Program-made: the position numbers and the translations under genes
The notes under the pieces: model-generated
Databases searched by the model: none
Told to the model about the DNA's origin: nothing
What the model saw: only the letters and a program-made list of their open reading frames with translations
Assembly (NCBI GenBank): GCA_918797485.1
Contig: CAKKNE010000002.1
Span: 1,798,001-1,862,000 of the forward strand
Length of the DNA stretch: 64,000 nucleotides
Reading direction: 5' to 3'
From: Pelagomonas calceolata
Lineage: Eukaryota
In this document: piece after piece, positions 20,809 to 32,000 of the stretch
Position numbering within the stretch: the stretch's first letter is position 1
Layout: every line of letters begins with the position of its first letter

Positions 20809-21074
20809 TTTTCTTTTTGCCATTTTTCCATTTTTTTTGCCCCCCTGCTCCCTGCGCACGGCCAGCGCCTTCGAGCCTGCATGCCAAAACGGATTCGAAA
20901 AAGCGGACGGACGGCACTCAAACTCGTCAGAGGACGTCTCCCGCGCCGCCCTCCGACCGGCTTCGGCCGGCGACGGGCTGCGAGCCAAACCTTGGGCGGA
21001 GAGGCTTGGCGTCGCACGAGCGCACAGAGCAAATTCAGGTGCCTGGGAGTTGGTGTTCACGCGAGGCCACACCG

Positions 21075-22405
21075 ATGCCGTCGAGGACGCTCGTCGTCGC
21101 ACGGCTGCTCGCGACGTATGCGGTGGCGCTGACGCCGCGGCTCCGGCCGAGGCTGCCGCCGAGGGGTGCCACCAGGCTCGCGTCGACGCCGACGACGGAC
21201 GCGGAAAAGGCCTACTTCGAGAAGCAGGACACGGTCTACGACGTCGACGAGGGCGCGTGGAAGAACGACGCGTTCTGGGCGCAGGTCGACGCGGAGCTGC
21301 CGGGCTGGCGGACGGACGCCGCGCTCGAGCGGTTCCGCGGCTTCTGCGAGAACCTGCGGACGAAGCCGCCCGGTGCGGGCCCGGCGCCGAGGCCTTCGGT
21401 GGGGGGTCGCGTCGCGTCGGCGGCGAGCGCCGACGCCGGCGAGAGAGAGGTCCCGACGCCGCCGCGCGCGCAGGCGAGGACCTGTTCATGGACAACCGGC
21501 AGCAGCTGCTCTCGCAGTACGTCTACCCGGGCCTCGGCGAGGACGCCGCGTCGGGCGAGAGCGTGCCGCGCGGGGCGTACCCGCACGACGCGTACCCCGA
21601 GCTGGCCGAGCTCCGCGCCAAGCTCTCGACGGAGGTGGCGGCGGCCGCGCGCGCCGAGTTCGACTCGGTGCTAAACGCGCGGCCGCTCGCCGACGACGAG
21701 GACGGCTTCGACGCGGACGCGGGCGAGTGGGACCCGCTGGGCCTCAACGAGGAGGAGGAGGACGAGACGTGGCAGAAGGCCGCCTGGTTCGGCTGGCAGT
21801 TCCTGTCGCTGCGCGGCGCGAAGACGACGGCGCCGAAGACGACGGCCGCGCTCGTCGCGGCCATGGGCGACCTCGGGCCCGCGCACCGCTTCGTCGGCTT
21901 CACGCGCCAGAAGGCCGACTCGCGCGGCACCGTCCACTCCGACGGCCGCAACTACATGCTCTCGACGCTGACGCCCGTCGACGCGCCCGAGGGCTGCGGC
22001 ATCTTCGTCGACGACGAGGAGGAGACCATCGCCACGGGCGGCGACGCCGTCATCCTCGACAACACGTACCCGCACTACATCTACAACACGGCCGACCGCG
22101 ACCGCATCTGCCTCATGAGCGAGTGCTGGCACCCCGCGCTGGCCGCGGCCGAGCGCGACGCGCTCGCCACGCTCTTCGCCGTCAAGGACCGCTTCACGGT
22201 CCTCGACCTCGGCATGGCGCCCTGGGGCTACGGCGAGGACGACCTCGCCAAAGCGCTCAAGTCGGGCGCCGTCAACGACCTCGACTACTGGCGGCGGCTC
22301 GACTACGAGCCGCCCAAGCGGAAGCCCAAGGCGCCCAAGAAGAAGAAGGTGGGCGCCTCCGGCCGGAACAAGAAGAAGGCCGCCAAGTCCCGGGCCTTTG
22401 GGTAA
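21075..22405 (+). CDS. Aspartyl/asparaginyl beta-hydroxylase-like 2OG-Fe(II) oxygenase (intron 21373-21473)
   Basis: YVYPGL, HSD...LDNTYPHYIYN...DRICL..ECWHPAL. The GT-AG intron joins ORF 20817 (signal/transit-like N-terminus) to ORF 20777 in frame. Confidence 0.85.
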
Positions 22406-22744
22406 CACCTGTGTTTGAACTCCGCGTCGCGCGGGCCGCGCTCCACGATGTCTCGACTCCTATCTCCCGTCGCATACCTCCCGGGGTCCCTACGAGTCGC
22501 GAAGGGACGAAACGTGGGCCGTGCGCTTTCGTCGGCTGGCCGGAACACCAAGCGCATTCTTCCTGGTTCCGCAAAACCCGCCGAGCAAGCACAGTCCAAA
22601 GCACTGCACTCAACCTCAATCACAAAAACTCGCAATCGTAGCGATCACGGCGTGAAACCACTCGCCCCAGACGCCCGCGCGCGCGACTCGAGCGCGCGGA
22701 CGCGCGCTCACCTTTGCTGGCTCACAGGCACAAACATCACAACT

Positions 22745-23755
22745 ATGGCCTCTTACGCTACCATCCCGGCCGAGGCCGAGACCGAGAAGCCGCTTCTGAA
22801 CCGCGACGTGCGCGTCAACCTCAAGACCGTCATCGGCGGCGCCGCCGTCGCGTCGTTCGTCCTCGGCGCGCTCGCCGCGGCCGTCGTGAGCGGGCCCGCG
22901 CGCACGAACTCCGCCGCGCTCTACGCGCACAGCGGCTACCAGCTGAACGCCCAGACGCCGATGGCTTTCTCGTCTGGTCTTTTAAAGGACGGCGCGCATT
23001 GCAAGGGCGACAATTTCTGCGCGAGTGGTGATTGCCAGGGGCGCAACAGCAAGTGGTGCCTCGCGGTCGAGGACCACAACAACGTCCATGAAGGCACGAA
23101 GCTCCAGCTCTACGAGTGCTCGCACCCGGTCGGCCAGACGTTCCAGGTCGAAAAGAACAAAGACGGCTCGATGAACCTCCGCTACGGAAACACTGACTTC
23201 TGCGTGGACGCGCTCGGAGGCACCAAGTTCACGAACCACGGCTCCTACTTCGGGCTCTACCCTTGCCGCACGAACGGGTTCAACCAGGAACTGACGCACA
23301 CCAAGATCGGCACGCTCGAGCTCACGGAGTTCCCGGGGAACCTTTGCATGACGGTGAAGAACGGCCTTCTCGCCGAGGGCTCGCACATCGTCGGCGCGCC
23401 CTGCACCGGCCACGGCGGCCTCCTCGACCAGTTCCAGCTGTGGGACATCGAGGGGTCCACGCCCGCGCCGGCGCCGACGCCGTCGACCAACACGTGCGGC
23501 AAGACCTGCAAGAGCAACAGGGACTGCGCCACGGGCGGCTTCCTCGAGTGCGGTCAGTGCAACCTTCAGCACGGCACGGATGGCTTCCAGACCTGCATGG
23601 CCGCGCCGACGACGCCTCCGACGGACGCGCCCCCGAACCCGTGCGGCAAGCCGTGCAAAGAAGACAAGGACTGTAACGGGAAGGGCGGCTTCTTCGGGAA
23701 CACGTGCCTTGTCGCCGGCACCCGTTGCGCCGGCCACTGTGCCAAGCGGGACTAG
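22745..23755 (+). CDS. Type II membrane protein with ricin-B-like lectin domain and two Cys-rich repeats
   Basis: TM segment VIGGAAVASFVLGALAAAVV; three trefoil-like repeats (WCLAV..LQLYEC..QTF, FCVDA..LYPC..NQ, LCMTV..GAPC..QLW); CGKxCxxxxDC twice. Confidence 0.8.
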   Translation: MASYATIPAEAETEKPLLNRDVRVNLKTVIGGAAVASFVLGALAAAVVSGPARTNSAALYAHSGYQLNAQTPMAFSSGLLKDGAHCKGDNFCASGDCQGRNSKWCLAVEDHNNVHEGTKLQLYECSHPVGQTFQVEKNKDGSMNLRYGNTDFCVDALGGTKFTNHGSYFGLYPCRTNGFNQELTHTKIGTLELTEFPGNLCMTVKNGLLAEGSHIVGAPCTGHGGLLDQFQLWDIEGSTPAPAPTPSTNTCGKTCKSNRDCATGGFLECGQCNLQHGTDGFQTCMAAPTTPPTDAPPNPCGKPCKEDKDCNGKGGFFGNTCLVAGTRCAGHCAKRD

Positions 23756-24067
23756 GCGTCTGAGACGACCAAGCTCTCCTTTTCCTCCCCGCGCGACCCG
23801 ACCTCTCCCCGCCCACTTTCGAGTAATCTCCACCAATTCTGAATTCCTGTGGGCGCGTCCGGGCCCTGAGTCCTCCTCAGCAGATTTACAAGGCGCCCGC
23901 GCCGCACGAAGTAAGACCCGTTTTTTCTTTCGACCGCACGAAGTATCTCCTCCTACGAGTGCATCGCTGGAGCCGGCATCCTTCTCGGGAATACTAGAGC
24001 AAAGACGTACGGGCAGCACTTTCACAGGAGGTTGGCGGCATACAAAAAGTGGGCAGCCGAAAGCACC

Positions 24068-26095
24068 ATGAGTGCCGCGTCGCACCACGACGCGGCGGTC
24101 CTGAGGCAGTCGTTCGCCAAGTACGACGCGGATGGCTCGGGTTCGATCGACGTCCGCGAGCTGCGCGCCTTGATGCACGACGTGACCGGGGAGGAGCCAA
24201 CGGACGAGGAGACGGCGGAGTTCTCACGCGCCGTGGACATCGACGGCGACGGTGCGCTGTCCTTCGATGAGTTCAAAGCCATCTACACCAAAGTCAAGAG
24301 CGGCGAGCTCGCGTTCGGCGGTCTGCAACTCGCCATGGACGCGTTCGACACGCTGGTCGCCGCGGAACCCGACGGCAGCAGCGACAGCGAGGCCGAGGCC
24401 GAGCCGGAGCCCGCCGCCGAGGCGGCGCCAGCGCGCGTGCCGTCCGCGGACCGCGCGCCGGCGGCGGACCGGCCGGCGGCCCCGGCCGAGGCGAAGATGA
24501 AGCCGAAGCGGAAAAAGGATATCACGGGGGGCGACATCGAGGCGCCGGCGCCGGAGGCCCCGCCGAGTAGCGCCTGGGTGTGCCTGCGCACCTGGTTCGG
24601 CTGCCTCTGCGGGTCGACGGTGCTCTACAGCCGCGACGCGTTGAAGCGCGCCGTGCGCAACGGCTGTCCCTGCCTGCATCCACGGGTCGAGCAGGCCGTC
24701 GTGTGCCTGGCGCTGCCGCCGCTCTGGATCTGGATGGGCATCCGGCTGCTCCTGCTGCCGTGCCTGTACGCGTACGGCGGGCGCTGCCTCGGCGCGTTGT
24801 TTCGCTTCTTCTACGAGGGCTTTGAGCGCTTAATGAGCCGCTGCGGCTGCAACTGCGACATCCGGTACCACGACCCGTTCTTTTCCTGCCGGGACGGACC
24901 GCTGTCCGGCTTCACGGATTCGGAGGGCGGCGACGTCGCCGAGGACGTCGTCTGGCTGCGACCGCACCAGATCTGGGGCAAGGAGGGCGAGGAAGGATCG
25001 CTCTTCGAGAACGGCGTCTCGCCCGACGACATCGACCAGGGGAGCCTCGGCGACTGCTGGCTGCTGGCGGCGTTCGCGTCGGCGGCGGAGTTCCCCGGCG
25101 TCGTCCGCCGCGCGTTCCTGACGACGGAGGCGAACTGGCGCGGCCGCTACGCCGTCACGCTCTGGGACGGCCACAAGCGCCAGTGGACGAAGATCGTCGT
25201 CGACGACCGGATCCCGTGCAAGGCGGGCACGACGACGCCCGTCTTCTGCCGGCCGGCCGGCAAAGAGCTCTGGGTGGTCCTCCTCGAGAAGGCGTTCGCC
25301 AAGTTCGTCGGCGGCTACCCGAACCTCGCCGGGGGCTTTAGCATCTGGGCGCTCCAGGCGCTGACCGGCGACGACGCCTACACGCTGAGCCGCGACAGCG
25401 CGAAGGACGCCGCGCGCCCGTGGTACCGCGTCGACATGAAGCACGCGCCGACGGCCGAGAACCCGCGCGCCGTCAAGTGGCTCCACCACCTCGGCGCCGA
25501 CGGCGAGACCGAGCGCTTCGCCGACGACCTGCTCTTCGACATGCTCCTCAAGTACGACCGCCTCGGCTTCATCATGAACGCGTCGACGTGCTTCTCCGGC
25601 CGCAAGGACGGCCTCGTCGGCGGCCACGCCTACTCGCTCATCGCCGCGAAGCGCGTCAAGGTCAAGGGATCGGACCCCGTCCGCCTGCTCCAGCTCCGGA
25701 ACCCGTGGGGCAATTTCGAGTGGACCGGCCGCTGGTCCGACGCCTCGGCCGAGTGGACGACGCACAAAAAGGTGGCCAAGGCGTGCGGCGTCGACCCCGG
25801 GAAGCCGAGCGACGACGGCGTCTTCTGGATGGCGTACGAAGATTTCCTCGCGTACTTCGACTCGATCGACGTCCTCAAGCGGACCGAGGACCTCCACGAC
25901 ATCTACCTCGACACGCACGAGGACATGAAACCGCGCGTCTTCGGGCCGCTCCGCGGCTGCGTCGTCGGCCTCTGCCGCTACTTTGTCGCCTGCCAGGGCG
26001 TGCGGAAGCTCTGCTGCGGCCGCGCCCCGACGGGCGACGACACCGTCGAGGTCGACCAAAAGCGGCTACACTGCTGCGGCCGCCAGTGGTGCTAA
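24068..26095 (+). CDS. Calpain-family cysteine protease with N-terminal EF-hand pair
   Basis: EF hands DADGSGSIDVRE and DIDGDGALSFDE; catalytic QGSLGDCWLL, GHAYS, RNPWG; LEKAFAK. Confidence 0.93.
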   Translation: MSAASHHDAAVLRQSFAKYDADGSGSIDVRELRALMHDVTGEEPTDEETAEFSRAVDIDGDGALSFDEFKAIYTKVKSGELAFGGLQLAMDAFDTLVAAEPDGSSDSEAEAEPEPAAEAAPARVPSADRAPAADRPAAPAEAKMKPKRKKDITGGDIEAPAPEAPPSSAWVCLRTWFGCLCGSTVLYSRDALKRAVRNGCPCLHPRVEQAVVCLALPPLWIWMGIRLLLLPCLYAYGGRCLGALFRFFYEGFERLMSRCGCNCDIRYHDPFFSCRDGPLSGFTDSEGGDVAEDVVWLRPHQIWGKEGEEGSLFENGVSPDDIDQGSLGDCWLLAAFASAAEFPGVVRRAFLTTEANWRGRYAVTLWDGHKRQWTKIVVDDRIPCKAGTTTPVFCRPAGKELWVVLLEKAFAKFVGGYPNLAGGFSIWALQALTGDDAYTLSRDSAKDAARPWYRVDMKHAPTAENPRAVKWLHHLGADGETERFADDLLFDMLLKYDRLGFIMNASTCFSGRKDGLVGGHAYSLIAAKRVKVKGSDPVRLLQLRNPWGNFEWTGRWSDASAEWTTHKKVAKACGVDPGKPSDDGVFWMAYEDFLAYFDSIDVLKRTEDLHDIYLDTHEDMKPRVFGPLRGCVVGLCRYFVACQGVRKLCCGRAPTGDDTVEVDQKRLHCCGRQWC

Positions 26096-26107
26096 CATAC
26101 TTTTAAG

Positions 26108-27743
26108 TTACTTTGTGTACTCGACCGAGGCGCCGCCGCTGATGTGCCAGTGGCGCGTGTTGTCGATGATGAGCTGGCGCGCGTTGTCGTCCTCGCGGTT
26201 CCGGTGCTCGATCTCGGCGTGGGGCGTGCCGTGCTCGAGCAGGAATTTGTAGGCGCGCATGGCCTGGGCGCGCGCGGCCTTGACGAGCGGCGTCTCGCCG
26301 GACTGGCAGCGGGGCTCGAGGTCGCAGCCGACCGAGCGCAGGTACTCGAGCGCGTGGGGCGAGTCGAAGAGCGCGGCGACGTGGACCGGCGAGTTGCCGT
26401 TGTTCATTTTCCCCTCGAGCACGTCGATCGGCGGCGGCGGCGGCCTCATCGCGTCCTCGAGGAGCGCCGCGGCGCGGAGCTCGGCGGCCCGCGCGGTCGC
26501 CTCGGCCCCGGTCGCGACTTCGCGCGCGTCGATGACGTCGAGGTCCACCTCGGCGATGCGTTTCTCGCGCGATTCGTTCTTGGCCAACGCCTTCTGGTGC
26601 TTGATCCGCTTCTTGGTCAGCTTGTCCTCCTCCTTTTGCATGCGCGGGTCCACTCGACCGTCCTTCTTTATCTTGCGGCGCTCGAGGTCTTCCTCCTTCT
26701 TCTTCCGCGCCGCGACCTCGGCGGAGAGCGTCCTCTTCGCGACCTCGAGCTGGTTGCGGAGCTCCCGCGCCTTTCGCTCGAGCTCGTCGAGCTTGTCCCA
26801 CGCCTCGTTTGCGGATGCGCGCGCGATCGGGGCGGGCGGCAGGGTCGCGCCCTCGTCGTCCTCGGGCGACCGGAAGTCGTAGCCGGGGCACCCGCAGAAG
26901 TTGGTGCAGTACCGGCCCTTGCGGCCGAAGTCGTCGTCGTCGTCGGGCCAGCCGTCGTCCGTCTCGTCGTCGTCGTCGTCGCCCGCCTTGCCGTCGCCGG
27001 ACCTCGTCGACGCCCTCGACGCGAGCGACGACCGCGACGCGCGCGACGTCGTGCGGACCGCGCCGGACCGGTCGGCGTCGCCGCCCTCGAGCTTGACCCT
27101 GGGCCTGGGCTGGCAGCGGTGGATCGTCGCCAGGAGCTCCGGGTTGTCGGCCTGCGCCGCGTAGTGGGCCGGCGTCGCGCCCGTGTTGTCGCGCTCGCGG
27201 ACCGAGAGGCCCGTCTCGTAGCTGCGCGGGACCAGGCGGTGAGCGACGAGTCGCGTCGACGGCGCCCCGAACTCTAGGGAGGCGTAGACGCGGTCCGACG
27301 CTCGCGCGTCGAAGGAGGACGCCGGCCGTCGACAGCGCGCGGAAGACCTTTGCGTGGCCGCCGACGCACGCGGCGTGCGCGGCGGTCCAGCCCTTGTTGT
27401 TCCGCGCCAGCGGGTCCGCCTCGTGGTCCAGGAGCCGCTCGACGAACTCGAGGAAGCCCTTCTCGCAGGCGAGGTGCAGGCACGTGTTCCCCCAGCGGTC
27501 GCGCGCGTCGACGTCCCCGGTGCGGAGGAAGTGGCCCAGGCCGCTGAGATTATTCGTTTCGGCGCACTTGTGCATCGTCGTGTACTGCGTCGCGAAGATT
27601 TGCGCGCCCTTGATGTATTGCTTGTGCTGGAGGTCGTTGATGCGGTCGCGGATGGTCCGCGGCTTTGGCTTCTCCGCGTCCTCCTTGCCGAGCACCTTCT
27701 GCATCGCCGCGCGGTCCTTTTGCTTCTGCAGCATGCGATTCAT
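26108..27743 (-). CDS. Ankyrin-repeat protein (intron 27222-27333)
   Basis: Ankyrin repeats GNTCLHLAC, GWTAAHAAC, GATPAHYAA, GNSPVHVAA, GETPLVKAA. The phase-2 GT-AG intron gives KVFRAL-YETGLSV and restores the frame to the stop at 26108. Confidence 0.85.
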
Positions 27744-27998
27744 CTTGGCGTTTCGCCCCTTGGCTGCCCCGCGCCGCGCGGCTGCCCGAGCCGCCTCGAC
27801 AACGGTCCCTGACGATCGCGAACGTCCTGATTACGCCGCCAGGCGGCGCGTAGGCCGGGCAAAGCGTTGGGGCAGCGCCTGTGTGAAATCTAGTGGGTTA
27901 TTAACTAGCTCAATTACTGGATAACGACGGGAACTACTCAATACCCGCACGTCCTTGGGTCAAGCTTCAGCGGTCGACCGGTCGTCGGGACTGCGCAT

Positions 27999-28019
27999 AC
28001 TAGTCCTAGCACCGTAACA
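27999..28019 (-). other. Recurrent post-stop motif TGTTACGGTGCTAGGACTAGT
   Basis: Also at 39454-39474 and 48066-48083 on +, each 30-55 nt after a co-oriented stop codon. Confidence 0.55.
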
Positions 28020-28071
28020 GAAAATGCCCCAGGCACAAGCTGCGTGGAATTAAAATTATGACGTTGCGGGC

Positions 28072-28833
28072 CTACTCGGCGGCAGGCTCCGCCGCGTCGG
28101 CGTCCGAGGCGCCGGCGTCCTCCGAGGGGCCCGCGACGGCGGCCTTCCAGAGAAACGCGGCGGCGATGGCGGCGACGACGGCTGCGGCGCCCTTGGCGCC
28201 GGCGGCGGCGAGGCTCGACATGATGAGTCCGGCGACGATGACGCCCGCGAATATGGACGACATCGCCTCGGAGAACGGCATGCCGAGGACGAAGGCGACC
28301 ATCGCGCCGGTCCAGGCGCCCGTGCCCGGAAACGGCACGCCGACAAAGGCCGCGAGCGCGGTCCAGCGCGCGTTGCCCGAGACGGCTCCGGCCTTGGCCC
28401 GCGCCTTCGAGAGCGGCTTGTCAAGCAGCTTCTGCACGAAGTTCGATCGCAGCGCGAGGAGCAACGGCGCGATCGGGACCATGTTGCCCGCGACGCACAA
28501 AAAGAAGACCTTGGGGAGCGGCATGCCCATCATCGCGCCGACGGGGATCGCACCGCGGAGCTCGACGACCGGCATGGCCGCAATCGTCGCGACGATCCAG
28601 GCGTCCGCGAAGCCCGACGCGCGCAGCTTCGCGCTCACGACGTCCGCCAAATGGCTGGCGGACGCCGGCTGCGGGGCCAGCAGCGCGAGCGACGCGACCG
28701 CGGCGACTTGTGCGACACGCTTTGCTCTGGGCGCTGCCGCGACCGCCGGGGCTTTGGCAAGCCGCGGCGGGGCGAGGCGGGGCGCCAGCCGCAGCGCGCT
28801 CGCAGCGGAGCACAGGACGAGGAGGCGCTGCAT
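28072..28833 (-). CDS. Small multi-drug export (Sm_multidrug_ex)-family membrane protein, probably plastid-targeted
   Basis: MPVVELRGAIPVG, GNMVP, FVGVPFPGTGAWTG; bipartite signal + transit-like N-terminus. Confidence 0.88.
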   Translation of the reverse strand: MQRLLVLCSAASALRLAPRLAPPRLAKAPAVAAAPRAKRVAQVAAVASLALLAPQPASASHLADVVSAKLRASGFADAWIVATIAAMPVVELRGAIPVGAMMGMPLPKVFFLCVAGNMVPIAPLLLALRSNFVQKLLDKPLSKARAKAGAVSGNARWTALAAFVGVPFPGTGAWTGAMVAFVLGMPFSEAMSSIFAGVIVAGLIMSSLAAAGAKGAAAVVAAIAAAFLWKAAVAGPSEDAGASDADAAEPAAE

Positions 28834-28894
28834 GGCGTGCGAGCGTGCTCAGAGTTGCGCGAGCGTGCTCTGTAGCGAGGGTGCAAAGGCGAAG

Positions 28895-28917
28895 GCTAGC
28901 GGCATAAGGCCACTAGC
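28895..28917 (+). promoter_or_regulatory. CTAG-dyad intergenic motif (variant)
   Basis: gctagcggcataaggccactagc between divergent starts at 28833 and 29069. Confidence 0.6.
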
Positions 28918-29068
28918 ATGAAGGGCCGGTCCCAGTCGCGTCCCGCGTGCGCGCTGTCCGCGTTGAGCAGCAGCTTCCAGAGGCTGCAGCTGTCAGACGC
29001 AGCAGCGCGCTCTCGCAGAGCAGCGCTTTTGAGCGCTAAACCGCATTCTCACAGGAGGAACAAAAATA

Positions 29069-32000
29069 ATGGACCTCAAATTCCTCCCGCTCAGCGTCGA
29101 GTGCACCGACGGCCCGCCGCCGGACGTCGAGAGCCTGCCGCACCCGCTCTGCGCGCCGGGGTTCGACGGCTACCACTCGAACTCGTGGCCGCGCGTGGAC
29201 CTCTGGGGCACGCTCCCGACGGGCCAGCGCGCCACGGTGCACGTGCACGGGTGCTTTCCGTACTTCTACGCGCGGCCGCTGGAAGAGGACGCGGAGGCCG
29301 TCCGGGCGTTTAGCGTCGACCCGAACCTCCGGTCGATCTGCAAGCGCACGGCGGAGGGCCTCGACGAGATGCTGCGAAACGGCGACGGGGCCCACGGCAC
29401 CGGCGACGCGCGCGTGCGGTCGGTGACCGTGGCGACGCTGACCCCGTTCTACGGCTACCACCCCGAGCCGCTCCCGTTCCTGCGCGTCGCGCTCTACCGC
29501 GCCCGCGACGTCGTCCGCGCCGCGAAGCTGCTCCTCGACGAGGGCTGCTGCAAGTACCAGGGCCGCGCGCTCCGGCTCCAGCCGTACGAGTCGCACGTCA
29601 ACGCGCACATGAAGTTCTTCGCCGACGTGGGCGCCGGCGCGCTGCGGCCGCTCGCGCTCGACGACGTGCGCTTCCGCCGCGCGCCGAAGACGGCGCGGGT
29701 GGAGGGCTGGGTGTCGGAGGCGACCGTGCGTAAGGCGGGCGCCGGGTACGCGCCGACGAAGAGGCGCCTCGCGGCGCCGACGCTCGCGGCCGACGACGCC
29801 GTCGAGGTCGACGTGGCCTTCGCGCGCGTCTCCGCCGCGACGAGCGTCCGAGGCGACGACGACGACGACGACTACGCGGTCCCGGCGCTCCGCGAGCTCT
29901 TCGACGACGAGGCGGACCGCCTCGCGGCCGACCACGCGCCGGCCGAGGTGCGCCGCCTCGTCGCGGTCGACCCCGCGTGGCGCGCGCCCGACGGCGCCGC
30001 GGGCGCGACGCCGACGCTCGGGCCCGGGACCGCCGAGCGCCAGGCCCGCTGGGCCGAGCCGCTGGCCGCGCTCCGCCGCGTGCCGGATTCGCCGGCGCCG
30101 GCGCCGGCGCCGCGCGCCGACGACGTCGCGGCCTCGCAGCTGCCGCCGCGGCTGTCGCAGGAAATGTGCACGCAGGCCGACAAGGAGGCGCGCGACCAGG
30201 ACGACGCGAGCCACGCCAGCGACGACTCCCTCGACGTCCGGGAGCGAGAGGGGCGCCTCGAGGAAAACGACGACGGCAAGGAGCCCGACCCATGGTTCGA
30301 CGACCCGAACGAGGGCGACGAGGACGACGATCGCGCGCGCGACGCCGCGTGGGACGCGATTCTCGGCACGGACGACGCGGACGAGGGCACGGACGAAGAC
30401 GACGGCACGGACGAAGACGACGACGCGCCGTCCGCCCTCCCGAAAGCGTCCTCTCAGACCCCGGCGGCGCCGCGCGCCCTGACGCCGACGGGCGCGCGCG
30501 TCCTGGCGCCGGCAGAGCCGCCGCCGACGGCCGCCGCCGTGCGCGCGTCGCTCCGCGAGCTCGCGCCGCCGCCGCGGCCGCTCTTCTACGGCGACGCGGC
30601 GGACGTCCCCCGGCGCCGGCGAGCGAACGACTGCGGCGCCGTCGACCGCGCGACGCACGTCGCCGACGCGCCCGAGTTCTTCCCGCCGGACGGCGCGTGG
30701 CGGCGCCTCGTCGCGGGGACGCGCGGCCGCGGCGCCGCGCGGCGCCGGTGGGCGCGCGCGGCGCGCGTCCTGGCGCCGCTCGCGGACCCGCCGTCGCGCG
30801 CGCGCGTCGAGGCGACGCTCGCCGCGGCGACCGCGACGGCGCCCCGCCCGTCGGCGTCGCCGACGGGGTCCCTGCTGACGCCGCCGAACCGGACGCAGTG
30901 GACTGAGGCGTCGGGGAGCAGGTCGCGCGACGGCGCGGGCATGCGGACGCGCGCTGCCGCCGACGGCACGCCCGGCGTCGCCGTCCTGGCGCTCGAGGTG
31001 CTGGCCGCCTGCGCGCCGTCGCAGCTCCGGAGCGACCCGAAGAAGGACCCCGTGCGCTGCGCGTGCTGGCGCTTCCGCGCGCACCACCTCGCCGACGCGG
31101 CCGACGACGAGGTCGGCGTCGTCGTCGTCCTCGACGCCGCCGCCAGGCGCGCGGACGAGCCCTCCTGGCGCCGCGCCTGGGACGCGACCGACGAGGCCGT
31201 GGCCGTCGAGATCGTCGCCGACGAGAGGGCGCTCGTCGCGGGGCTCCGGCGCCTCGTCGCGCGCCTCGACCCGGACGTCCTGCTGGGCTGGGACACGGCG
31301 CGCGGGTCCTGGGGCTACGTCGAGGCGCGCTGGGGCGTGGTCGCGCCGAGTGACCGGAAGCAGCTCTTCTCGCGCGACACGAACGCGCGCGCCGACCGGG
31401 GCGACCGCGGCCGGACGTACGCCGCCGCCCGCGGCCGCGTCGTCGTCGGCGGCCGCGCGGCCGTCCGCGGCGACGCCCTGCTCGTGCGGCTCCTGTCGCA
31501 CGACCTCGCGGCCGTCGCGCCCGTCGTCCTCAAGCGGCGCGCGCCGCCGACGCACGACCGAGCGGAGCTCGCGCAGCTCTTCGCCGCGCCCGAGGTCGAC
31601 GCGCGCGTCGCTGCGGTGACGCACGTCCTCGCCGAGACGACCTGCGGCCTCGAGATCGTCGCCGGGCTCGACGTCGTCGGCCGCGCGGCCGAGCTCGGCC
31701 GTCTGCTGGGGATGCCGCTCGCCGACGCGCTGACGCGCGGGTCGCAGCACCGCGTCGAGGCGATCCTGCTCGGCGTCGCCAAGCCTCGGCGCGGCGCGAA
31801 CCCGCTGACCTTTCTGGACGCGCGCGGCGACGAGCGGCCGCCGCCGGGCGCCACGTGGTACGCGCTCCGGTCGCCGTCGCGCGCCGACGTCGCCGCGCAG
31901 CCGGCGATCGAAGAGACCGCCTGCATCCTCGAGCCGGTCTCGGCCATTTACACGGACCCCGTCGCCTGTCTCGACTACCAGTCGCTCTACCCGTCGATGA

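Larger units (their letters stand above)
20283..23901 (+). repeat. Large inverted duplication, arm 1 (~3.6 kb)
   Basis: Reverse complement of 41089-44102, with scattered SNPs and indels. Confidence 0.95.

Noticed and set aside
21373..27333. Introns as introner elements
   Set aside because: I could see no shared sequence, TIRs or TSDs among the few introns; a genome-wide comparison would be needed.
26103..27743. 546-aa unspliced ORF as the true protein
   Set aside because: After about residue 136 it is out of frame. A GT-AG intron at 27222-27333 restores the ankyrin repeats.
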